In this document: positions 53,695 through 64,000 of the stretch, piece after piece
How the letters are laid out: each line of letters starts with the position of its first letter
How positions within the stretch are numbered: position 1 is the stretch's first letter
Source: Octopus sinensis
Lineage: Eukaryota
DNA: 64,000 bases
NCBI RefSeq assembly: GCF_006345805.1
Contig: NC_043013.1
Span: forward strand, 17,112,001-17,176,000
Direction of reading: 5' to 3'
The notes under the pieces: model-generated
Databases searched by the model: none
Told to the model about the DNA's origin: nothing
The model's input: only the letters and a program-made list of their open reading frames with translations
Program-made: the position numbers and the translations under genes

Positions 53695-53700
<6 letters not shown>
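53245..53700 (+). mobile_element. Second retrozyme-like element, with an inverted terminal segment, inserted in (TA)n
   Basis: Perfect 101-bp inverted repeat (53245-53345 / 53492-53592). Homologous to 46807-47361 (tttggctg.t.tttctagtgggt, ccgctggtggc, tatattgattaatta). Confidence 0.8.
53363..53469 (+). ncRNA. Type I hammerhead ribozyme, intact core, predicted cleavage after GUA at 53461
   Basis: Stem I atttctta/taagaaat; CTGAAGA (53371-53377); stem II atctg/cagat enclosing a G.U-rich hairpin (53391-53432); GAAA (53446-53449); stem III acgg-tgca-tcgt; then A. Confidence 0.88.
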
Positions 53701-53780
<80 letters not shown>

Positions 53781-54286
53781 AGTGTTCGTTAAAGATTTCC
53801 CCTGACCCACTTTTGGTTATTACAGGAAATGGAACTTGTACAAGTACAATCGTACTTATCTCTACATGTCACATTGTAAATCGCAACTTTCCACTAATAA
53901 CTGTTTGTCTTTTACAGCAACTGAAGTGGACTAAGGTGTTATATTGGAGGCGCTTGAATGCCGATCAGTGTAAAGGATGCGTAAGGTATTTGAGAATATA
54001 CCTTTTGGGGGTCATTGCTGCATTCTTTGCTAACTCTATGTAATCTTTGTTTCAGAAAACAATAATGGCAGACCCCGCCCTTTCCCCAGCTTACTCAAGA
54101 AATGAAGCAGCATGTTGTTCTTGTGGTTATAAAGGCTGAGCATAGTGATTTAGAAATATTTTGATTTTTAAAAGTTGCCTCTAGGAGCTAATCAATGGCA
54201 GCATTCGTCCTATTTTTCTGGACTGCCATGTTAGCTTGGTGATAACTGTTAATATCCAGTACTGCTGCAGAGAGAATTAGAAATAA

Positions 54287-54387
<101 letters not shown>

Positions 54388-54409
54388 GAAATTAAAATCA
54401 AATTCAATG

Positions 54410-54800
54410 ACAGCACCGCTTGACTGGCATCCATGCTAGTGGAGTGCTAAGAGCACCATCCAAGCGTGATCATTGCCAGGGCCACTGATTGACTGACTCC
54501 CATGCTGGTGGCATGTCAAAAGCACTATTCAAGCGTGATCGTTACCAATGTTGCCTTACTGGCACTTGAAAGACAACATACAAGCGAGGTCGTTGCCAGT
54601 GCCGTTGGACTGGTTCCTGTGCTGGTGGCATGTAAAAGCACCCACTACACTCTTGGAATGGTTGGCATTAGGAAGGGCATCCAGCTGTAGAAACTCTGCC
54701 AGATCAGATTGGAGCCTGGTGCAGCCATCTGGCTTGCCAGTCCTCAGTCAAAACGTCCAACCCATGCCAGCATGGAAAGCAGACGTTAAACGATGAGGAT
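54410..54800 (+). mobile_element. RTE 3'-UTR fragment (family C)
   Basis: gtaaaagcacccactacact...ggaagggcatccagctgtag...gacgttaaacgatga. Confidence 0.85.
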
Positions 54801-54834
54801 GAGGAGGAGGTTGATGATGATATATATATATCTA

Positions 54835-55130
54835 TCCTATCACATCAACAACTCCTTCACATGCACTTCTACCAATATCATCTACAGCATCTCCTGCTCT
54901 CTCTGCCATTCTCTATACATCGGGCAAACGGGACGCCACTTGGCTGACCAGTTCACGGAACACCTCCAAGACATCCAACTCAGCAATGACACCCCAGTCT
55001 CACACCATTTCCACTCTACTGGTCACTCTTTGCAACACCTGTCCATGTTCGGATTGTCCTTGCACAGGGGCCATCTGAACTCCCATTTGCAACGTGAACA
55101 GAGATTAATCTTCTCTCTTCTCTTCATTCC
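54835..55130 (+). pseudogene. Penelope-like GIY-YIG endonuclease relic
   Basis: SFTCTSTNIIYSISCSLC.SLYIGQTGR.L...F.EH...PVSHHF...H...REQ.LIF. Confidence 0.85.
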
Positions 55131-56046
55131 TACCCACCTTCTCCTTCCTTCATCGTGACCCCTCCTTTGTAAGCCTACCCTACCCCTACACATTCCAACC
55201 CAACCTTCCCTATCCTTCCCCATCCCACCCCAACCACCCCTTACACCCACTCCCACGTGCTCCACCTTTACCCCTACCCTCCGCCTACCCACACCCCACC
55301 TCTACCCCCACCCTCAGCCTAACACAGCCCACCCTTGCTTTCCCTACTCCTGCCTCCCCCACATCTTACACCATCACACCACTACAGCTTATACCACCAT
55401 ACCACACACCACACCACCATGCACACCTCAGCACTGACCACTTCCCAGACCCACATTTTCACACCTACACATACACACATGTACACGTCAAAATCACCAG
55501 CCCTCTTCCACACGCAATTACTCTCTTATACACACACACGCGCACCTTTGTTTTGGGATCACCACCACTTGTTTTGGGATCCCCACCACTTTGTTAAATC
55601 CCCTTCTCCCTAGCTCTCCTGTGTGACCCTTCTGTCCGGCCTTCACCATGATAGATCGCTAGCCACTACATATTCTTTATTTTCTCTCCTTGTTCCTTTC
55701 TGTGGAAGAGTGTATGCTCAAAATATTAAAGTCTTTTTCGCTTCCCGAGTGTTTTACTAATATATGTTTGTTGTCTACATCATCTGTCTTTGTCTTTTGC
55801 CTTTTTGAGAATTCTCCCCCTATATATATATATATATATATGCATGTATTTATATACATGCATATGTATACATATATATATATATACACATATATATTTA
55901 CTGTTAAGATACATATATTTATATATTTATTGTTTGATTATAATATCTCCATTTATTTTATGTTATTTTTTGACCTGAAGAGTGGCTATATTAGTTTTGG
56001 TGAAGCATTGTAAGGTCTAACTTTAAAATGTGAGAAGGTACAAAGT

Positions 56047-56287
56047 AAGCTACAAAAGGAAAAGAAAACAGAACAAAGTTGCAGTTTTACCTTGTACTTC
56101 TATATTTCAGGGTGGAGACCCCTTCTTCAGGACATTCGGAAAAAGCAGAAGTTGGAAAAGATCATTGCTCAGATCTGAGCAACTACTGCTTTTTCCAAAT
56201 GTCCAGAAGAAAGGGTGCTCACCTCAAAATATAGAAATACAAGGTAAAACTGCAACTTTATTCTGTTTTCTTTCCTTTTGTAGTTTA
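56047..56287. repeat. Long inverted repeat containing a decayed minimal hammerhead-like motif
   Basis: 56047-56154 vs 56180-56287. The minus strand of the left arm reads ctgaaga-aggg-gtctcca-ccct-gaaat. Confidence 0.75.
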
Positions 56288-56550
56288 CATTGCACTTTCT
56301 TGCATTGTTCCAGCCTTACAGCCTTTAGACATAAGCAAACTTCATAGCAGTTAAAATATGTGTGCGACATATTTCAACAACTAAAAGGCAAATTCACTAT
56401 AGTTACTGAGGAGAAAAATTCTTTCTTATGGTAAAAAAAAGGTGTAAAAACATCATATCTGCCCAATGTCCCCACCTGTCAGATTCCCAGACACAATGTT
56501 TCTAGCCTCGTAGCCATTATCAATGAAAAATACCTAAAAGGGGTGACATA

Positions 56551-57381
56551 TATGTGGTCTAATCAATAAGTATCCAGACTGTTGCCTGGATAATGAAGGT
56601 AAAGCACAAAGAATAAAGCCATTTGACACAAATTGACCTTGAACTTTGATGTGCATGTACACTAAGTTTTAACTTACTAGCTCACTTCTACTGTTTACGG
56701 CAGTGCTTGGAAGGAAGGTGTGTAGCGTTGATTGTCACATTGACCACGACAGAGAAAGTTGAGCAGAAAACCTGCATCAAATTTTGCCAAAAGCTTCCTG
56801 AAACCTGCTCAGAGGCCTATGCAAAGTTTTCATCATTCTCAATACAATCAAGGATATTTTATATAACTGAAACTTGGTAAATATGCATCTCATAGTCAAA
56901 TTTTCAGTGATAATGGACTGAACTGAACCATAACTAATCTGCACATCCTCTGATAATTCACAGATGATGATTCGATGATTTCCCCTCACAGCTGCACACA
57001 CATCTGTGATGTTTTTCTCAGTTCTGCTGGTTGAAGGTCTCCCAGAACATTCATCAATATTCATATTTTTTCAGACATCATGGAAACATCTGAACCACTC
57101 GTACATTTGTGTGCAGCTCATACACTTTCAGAAACTTTGAATAGACATCTGAGCAGGTATCACCATGAGCACTTTTTCTATGGTCAATGTGACAATCATA
57201 TGCTACACACCTTCCTTCCAAGCACTGCTGTAAATAGAAGAAGTGAGCTAGAATGTTAAAACTTAGTGCACATGCACAGCAGGGTTCAAGGTCAATCTGT
57301 GCATAGCAGCTTTACTCTGCGTGCTTTAGCTTCGTTACTATGGCAACAGACTGGATACTTATTGATACTTATTTACACGTA
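56551..57381. mobile_element. Mariner-derived foldback element built from two 5' ends
   Basis: ~200-bp inverted arms (56562-56760 / 57170-57366). The left arm runs into TEKVEQKTCIKFCQKL; the minus strand encodes SGRPSTS...ISYGSVQSII (mariner N-terminal HTH region). Confidence 0.8.
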
Positions 57382-58064
57382 TGTACGTGCATGAGTGTGT
57401 GTATTTGTGCCTCTATGTTTTGATATTCTGCATAAACATGTGTTGTGTGGTCATTGGGACATACTACTTTAATTGGAAACAGGAAAGGGTGGGCATTTGA
57501 CCATAGAAAATAACAAGGTAAACTCCAACCAACCCATGCAAACATTGGAAAGTGAACATTAAGAAGAAGAAAGTGGTGGTGGCGGTGAGGAGGAGGAAGA
57601 GGGGGAGAAGAAGAAGAAGAAGAAGAAGAAGCTTTACACAGTTCAGACTGTAATGAAACTAAATAGGGCCCAAAAAGGAACAGATTGTGGCCCTAACCTG
57701 CTTATGTTAGAGTATATACATAGTTGTCTTCAACCAAGGGAAGACATGGTATTCTTTGATCTCTGAGTTTGTGAATCTTACATTCTAGTTAGATTGCTTG
57801 TTAACAGGCCAGCAAGAAAGTCTATAAATGGTCATTCAATCCACTAGAAATAGCAACCAAATTAACCCTGCAGTATTAGAAAAGAACACAATAGGTAATG
57901 TGATTCAACGTTCATTGCATATATGAAAAAGAGGGGATGGTCATGGCTGGGTGGAATGCCTTCGATCATAGGTCTTCTCATTTAAGGCTGACTGGGGTTA
58001 AACAACAACAACTATAGCCATCTATCAGTATAAAATAAGTTTGCTTAATGAAAGTTGACCTATA

Positions 58065-58452
58065 AGGCGCAGGAGTGGCTGTGTGGTAAGTAGCTTGCTT
58101 ACCAACCACATGGTTCTGGGTTCAGTCCCACTGCATGGCACCTTGGGCAAGTGTCTTCTACTATAACCTCAGGCTGACCAAAGCCTTGGGAGTGGATTTG
58201 GTAGACAGAAACTGAAAGAAGCCCATTGTATATATATGTGTGTGTGTGTGTGTGAGTCTGTGTTTGTCCCCCCCAGCATCGCTTGACAACCGATGCTGGT
58301 GTGTTTCTGTCTCCGTGACTTAGCGGTTCGGCAAAAGTGACAGATAAAATAAATACTAGGCTTACAAAGAATAAGTCCTGGGGTCGATTTGCTCGATTAA
58401 AGGCTGTGCTCCAGCATGGCCGCAGTCAAATGACTGAAACAAGTAAAAGAGA
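58065..58452 (+). mobile_element. SINE family B, full length
   Basis: ggcgcaggagtggctgtgtggtaag ... tgactgaaacaagtaaaaga. Confidence 0.92.
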
Positions 58453-59372
58453 TAAAGTGAGGAATGGGGCAACATAATACCAACAACACTAAAATCTTGA
58501 TCCGTCAGTTGTAAACTCATTGTCAGCCCTTATAAAACAGACTTATCATGAGTAAAAAGAACACATACAAACCATTTCCATCCCGTCCTTTTCCCTTGTC
58601 CAGTGTACTTCTTTTTAAAAAAAGTTTTCCGTGTTTGTGGTGCATTTGCTGCTATTTCTAGCAAGGTTGTCTTAAGTGTAAAAAATTTTTTTTTAGTTAT
58701 GGAAGAGTTATCGCCCTTCGACGTAACACCATTAGCGGTTCAAAAAGAAAACCTGAACGTCTAGTAAAGAGAACAGAATCACGAATGGTCCCTTGATATA
58801 AAATTTGTGTTAGTGTTTAATGTAAAAGATACGCGATACATAATGTAAAAGATACATGATGGGAGGGTGAGGAGTCAGAAATTCGTGACGGCTGAAGTAT
58901 TCCTGAAATGTAGCAGTCTGTAAAATATTGTTACTTGAGAGCAAGGTCTAATCGCATGGTTGATAGTTATCGGGTTGGTTCGTACTTGTATAATTACTAA
59001 TGAACGTTTCTATTATTCGAGAAAGTTACCATCTCAGATGTTGAAAGTCCCAATACGAGTGCTGCCAAGTTTATTTCTCAGCCTGACACACAATGGGAGG
59101 TAACTCTTCGATTTTTCTCTGTGTGTGTGTGTGTATGAGAGAGAGGTGGAGTGAGGAAAGGTCCCGGAGAAGGCGCCAGCGCAACACAGGTGACTTTTAC
59201 CCTCTTCTGTTGTAGACTGTGACCATCTAGTGGTATCTACATACAGCTAAGTGGACTCAACTATTGAATGATGGCTTACGCTAGACGTACTACAACAAAA
59301 CGTTAACTGGATAAGAATTTCCAATCACTTCGTTGATAGATTATTAAGCAGGCAGTAACCAGTGACTCACTC

Positions 59373-61107
59373 CTAAATACCTCTCCCCCGGATACCTTCA
59401 AATGTTTGGAAGTGCCACTTCTTTACATATCTCTCCTCATCCATCCGCAGTACATGACCATACCAGCGCAAACGTCTCTCTTGCACACCACATCTGATAC
59501 TTCTTATGTCCAGCATTTCTCTCAGGGTGCTTACACTCTGTCGTCTGTGCGCACTGACATTATACATCCAGCAGATCATGCTAGCTTCATTTCTTTCAAG
59601 ACTACGCATGTCCTCTGCAGTCACAGCCCATGTTTCACTACCATGAAGCATGGCAGTTCACACACATGCATCGTACAATCTACCTTTCACTCTGAGCGAG
59701 AGACCCTTTGTCACCAGTAGGGGTAGAAGCTTTCTAAACTTTGCCCAGACTATTCTTATTCTAGTGGTAACACTCTCTGAGCATCCACCTCCACTACTAA
59801 CTTAGTCACCTAGGTAGCGGAAACTATCAACTACTTCTAGTTCCCTCCCCAGGAGTATAATGGAATCTGTTTTCTGAGTATCAATGGAGTCTATTGCACC
59901 TGTGCATTTGCCGCACATGAAAGCTATCTTCTTGGTTAATTTTCCTTTGATGTTACTGCACCTCTTATGCGTCCATAGCTTACACTGGGTACATCTTATG
60001 GAGTTTCTACCTACACCTTTTCTACAGATCGAGCAGGGCCACCTACCTGAGGAGGAGTGTGATGAGTTTGCCTTTCTGCTTACTAGAACTTTGGTCTTTG
60101 CTACATTTACTCTAAGACCCTTTGATTCTAACCCTTGCTTCCACACCCGAAATTTCTTTTCTAGTTCCGGTAGTGATTCTGCTATGAGGGCCAGATCATC
60201 AGCATAGAGGAGCTCCCAGAGGCAACCCATCTTGAATTCCTGTTATTGCCTGGAGGACTATGATGAATAGAAGGGGACTAAGGGCTGAACCTTGGTGGAC
60301 CCCTACTTCTACCCGGAATTCTTCACTATACTTGTTGCCAATCCTAACTGTACTAACGGCCTCTCTGTATAGGGCCTGTACAGCCCTTATCAACCATTCA
60401 TCAATCTCCAGTTTCTGCATTGCCCACTAGATAAGGGATCAGGGGACCCTGTCAAAGGCTTTCTCCAAGTCCACAAAAGCTAAGTAGAGGAGTTTATCTT
60501 TAGCTAGGTATTTCTCCTGCAGTTGTCGAACCAGGAATATGGCATCAGTGGTGCTTCTATCCAGAATAAAATCGAACTGCATCTCATCTAAGCAGACTCT
60601 CTCCCTAATGAGATGGACTATGACCCTCTCTGTGACCTTCATCACCTGATCCAGCAGTTTAATACCCCTGTAGTTATTTCTATCTAGAGCATCACATTTA
60701 CCCTTGTAGCAGTTGACTATGGTACTGCTACACCAGTCATTGGGTATGACTCCGTTATGTACTTCCTGGTTTACTATTCAGGTGACTAGGCCATAGCCCA
60801 CACCACCAGATGCTTTAAGCATCTTAGCAGTGATTCCTGATGGCCCAGGGGCTTTTCCTGGCTTCATACCCTTAATTGCTTTATCTACTAGGGAGCTGTC
60901 TATTGGGATAGCTGGTCCCTCTATTGGGTCAACATTTGGCAGGCTCTCCTCCTCCCATTTTCCACATTCAGCAGTCTTTCATAATGGCTTCTCCAAGCCT
61001 CTTTCTTTTCAGAATCACTAAAAGCAAGTGCACCATCATTCATTCGAACACATTTCTCACCTGTGACATCACAATTTTCTCTCACACACTGTCTTGCAAT
61101 CCCAAAC
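59373..61107 (-). mobile_element. Degenerate RTE-clade LINE (RT with embedded PHD finger)
   Basis: KAPGPSG, FVDLEKAFD, GVHQGS.LSP, LLYADD, FRYLG, MLHGSETW, RRLRWYGH across several frameshifted ORFs. Confidence 0.92.
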
Positions 61108-61414
61108 ATATATATATATATATATATATCCCTGCGAGACTCATTCAATTTAAGTGAACATTTGATTGTTTAAACTTTGTAATTTTAAACTGTTAAAATC
61201 CCCTTGTTAATATATATTTGTACCTGTGATAAACAAAAAATTGTTGAAACTAGTCTAGTATGTATGTGAATAACTCTATTTAAAAACAACTACACACTTC
61301 TTAAATTCAGGTACATTTTCAAACCCCAAAAACAAATTTTCCTATATATTTTCCTGCATGGGAATACACCTTTTCTTCACATTATATATATATATATATA
61401 TATACATACACATA

Positions 61415-61790
61415 AGTGCAGGAGTGGCTATGTGGTAAGCAGCTTGCTTACCAACCACACGGTTCCGGGTTCAGTCCCACTGCATGGCACCTTGGGTTAG
61501 TATCTTCTAGTATAGCCTAGGGCCAACCAAAGCCTTGTGAGTGGATCTGGTAGATGGAAACTGAAAGAAGCCCGTCGTATATATATATATGTGTGTGTGT
61601 CTGTCCCCGCCCAACATTGCTTCACAACCGATGCTGGTGTGTTTATGTCCCTGTAACTTAGTGGTTCAGCAAAAGGGACCGATAAAATAAGTACTAGTCC
61701 AACAAAGAATAACTCCTGGGGTCAATTTGTTCGAGTAAAAGTGGTGCTCCTGCATGGCCACAGTCAAATGACTGAAACAAGTAAAGGAAT
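61415..61790 (+). mobile_element. SINE family B
   Basis: gtgcaggagtggctatgtggtaag ... tgactgaaacaagtaaag. Confidence 0.9.
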
Positions 61791-62413
61791 AATATATATA
61801 TATATACACCCACACACATATACAGAGAGACACACACAACATGGGCAGATTAAGCCTACCCCGATCTCCAAGCATGCGACTGGTATTTGTTTTATAATGA
61901 CGCCTGAGATTTGAGACAAAGTCAATTCCAGCAAGGCTTGAACTCTGAACTCTTAGACTTAGGTCTTTTATGGAGACTAGAACTCATAAGGCTGGAGCTT
62001 AACCCTATTCCCATAACATATAAAAGACTGAGATTACAACATTAATCCACTGGACAGGATGATGGTCCACTGAAGGATTAACTTCCCAGCTATAGCTGGA
62101 AGTCATTTGCAGCTGAGATAAATAAAGCAATGTGAAATGATGTGTATTGCTCACAAACACGATGCACCGGCCAGTTTAGGAATCAAAACCACATCACAAG
62201 CATGAGTGCAACCCTCTAACCACTAGGCCATGCAATTTCACACTAATGGGAAGAAAATAGATGTTGTAATGCATTTTGGTCTGCTACTATTTCTACAGAC
62301 AACGCTTCAATGACAACAAAACAACATAATTCAGTTTGAAATGATTTATAAAATATTTTATGAATATAAAAATGTAAGATGAATATGATCAGCTGAAAAT
62401 GGCAATAACTAGG

Positions 62414-62926
62414 CTAATATCGCTTTCTTTTTAGAATGTCAGGTCGCCAGTTAATGGGGTGAGTTTCTTCCGATGCCTTCTCATCTTCTTTGTAAATCTT
62501 TATACTTTTGTCAGCTTCCCCAGTAATCAACCGACTTCCGCTATGATCAAAGGTGCAGGCAAAGATACCAGCTTCTGAATCAATAGAGCCTGGCTGTACA
62601 GCAGCTTGGATCCTCTGGAAGTTATAGCCTGTCTTCCAATCCCAGAAATACATTGTGCCGTTATCAGCACCAGACACCAGAACATTGTCAGAGTTCATGC
62701 CAAGAGTGTTGATGATGGCATTGTGTCCGGTCAAGTTCTGGATGAAGTTGCCATCTGGAAACTTCCACTGCTTGATGTTGTCAGGGGAACCTGATGTGAA
62801 GGAATACTTGGTTGGATGAAGGACTAATGATCGAATGCTTTTCTTGTGATTGGTAAGTGTAGCACGGGTACGTCCAGCTGCCAGGTCCCAAAGACGAATT
62901 GTACAATCATGACTACCAGTAATTAC
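62414..62926 (-). CDS. PLRG1: Pleiotropic regulator 1 (Prp46, WD40 spliceosomal Prp19-complex subunit), last coding exon
   Basis: Pyrimidine tract and acceptor ttttctttctgtttatctccgcag|GTA. The 513-nt frame encodes [30 protein letters not shown]...[10 protein letters not shown]...GYNFQR...[12 protein letters not shown]...[18 protein letters not shown]-stop, which I recognise as the PLRG1 C-terminus. No upstream exon was seen in the remaining ~1 kb. Confidence 0.96.
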   Translation of the reverse strand, partial: VITGSHDCTIRLWDLAAGRTRATLTNHKKSIRSLVLHPTKYSFTSGSPDNIKQWKFPDGNFIQNLTGHNAIINTLGMNSDNVLVSGADNGTMYFWDWKTGYNFQRIQAAVQPGSIDSEAGIFACTFDHSGSRLITGEADKSIKIYKEDEKASEETHPINWRPDILKRKRY

Positions 62927-63607
62927 CTGCGGAGATAAACAGAAAGAAAAATAAATGTAAAAAAATACAACAGAAATACTTTATAAGACTGCCATATTTC
63001 AGACTGTCAGCTTCTTTTTTAGAGTTGGTCAATTTTCAAAAAATATTTACATATCTAATTTAAACATGTTTTAATTTATTTGGACTCTGTACATCAAATG
63101 TTTTATTACCAATTAGCAACCGCTTCTTTAGAGATGAGCATTTTCTTAAATATTCATATTTACAACATATTTTAGTTAATTTTACTTCTGAACATCCGGT
63201 GTCTTGTTTTTGAATGTGTATAGAGAACAGGACTGAATTCCTTTAAGTACACACAATCAAATATTGAACTGACTAAAGTTGTAGAGTAAATGTAAATATT
63301 AGAAAAGAGAAAGAAAATTTGACATGAGAGACAAGCAATTGAGTGAGCCCACATGTACTCACTGGAACTGCTTCACATAGCTGCTAAATATCTCTCAAAT
63401 CATATTGTAGGCAGTTTAAAACAGAAGGCATGAGATAATGTAGTTCTAGAAATAGTGTGTCTGAATAAATGAGACATAACTACAGTTTAATGCATCACCA
63501 CTCTCTAGTCTGACTTTTGTTTTCTTATAATTTTCTGAAAAAATGTGTATTTTTAAAGGAAATTTTGCAGATAGGTCATCGAAGGTATAAATTATAATCA
63601 TCTTTTA

Positions 63608-63932
63608 TCTTTTACTTGTTTCAGCCACTAGACTGCACCTTGAAGAATCTTTTAATCAAATGAGTCACCCCCTACTACTTATTTTTTTTAGGACTGGTAC
63701 TTATTCTATCAGTCTCTTTTGCCAAACTACTAAGTTACAGGGATGTAAACACATCAACACTGGTTGTCAAGCAGTGGTGGGGGACAAACGCAAACACAAA
63801 GACACACAACAGGCTCATTGCAGTCTCCATCTACAAAATCCAAGGCTATGGTAGAATAGACACTTGCATAAGGTGTCACACAGTGGGACTGAACCAGAAA
63901 CATGTTGTTGGGAAGCAAGCTTCTTACCACAC
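63608..63932 (-). mobile_element. Degenerate SINE family B in the PLRG1 intron
   Basis: ttttacttgtttcagcca ... gacacttgc ... cagtgggactgaacc ... cttaccacac. Confidence 0.8.
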
Positions 63933-64000
63933 ATTTATATATTTCTTATTTACCTTCTTTTTTTTTTTTTGAGGAGTTTCAGATCATTATCACCCCTTTA

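Noticed and set aside
55150-55340. C-rich tract (also purine-rich 10570-10930) as a functional G-quadruplex element
   Set aside because: Low-complexity decayed repeat; G4 potential alone does not support function.

Overview
AT-rich, repeat-saturated animal genomic DNA. The SINE families, RTE LINEs and huge (TA/CA)n tracts suggest an octopus (coleoid cephalopod); this is inferred, not verified. The only host gene recognisable is the terminal coding exon of PLRG1/Prp46 (minus strand, 62414-62926). The rest is mostly mobile DNA and simple repeats: a near-full-length RTE/BovB-type LINE with just two nonsense codons, a 5'-truncated open RTE-group RT, RTE copies carrying a PHD finger, an internally deleted CR1-group LINE, an R4/Dong-like fragment, Penelope RT and GIY-YIG relics, Helitron and mariner derivatives, many SINEs, and a 5.4 kb AT-only foldback satellite. 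The main hunt result is two homologous, non-coding, highly structured elements (46807-47361 and 53245-53700). Each carries an intact type I hammerhead ribozyme with covarying stems and an unusually long stem II, one in a partial-tandem and one in an inverted configuration. Together they look like a candidate Penelope-mobilised retrozyme/circular-RNA family with a monomer of about 470 nt. Almost all short ORFs in the supplied track are microsatellite or repeat artefacts. Repeat boundaries were read by eye and are approximate unless stated.
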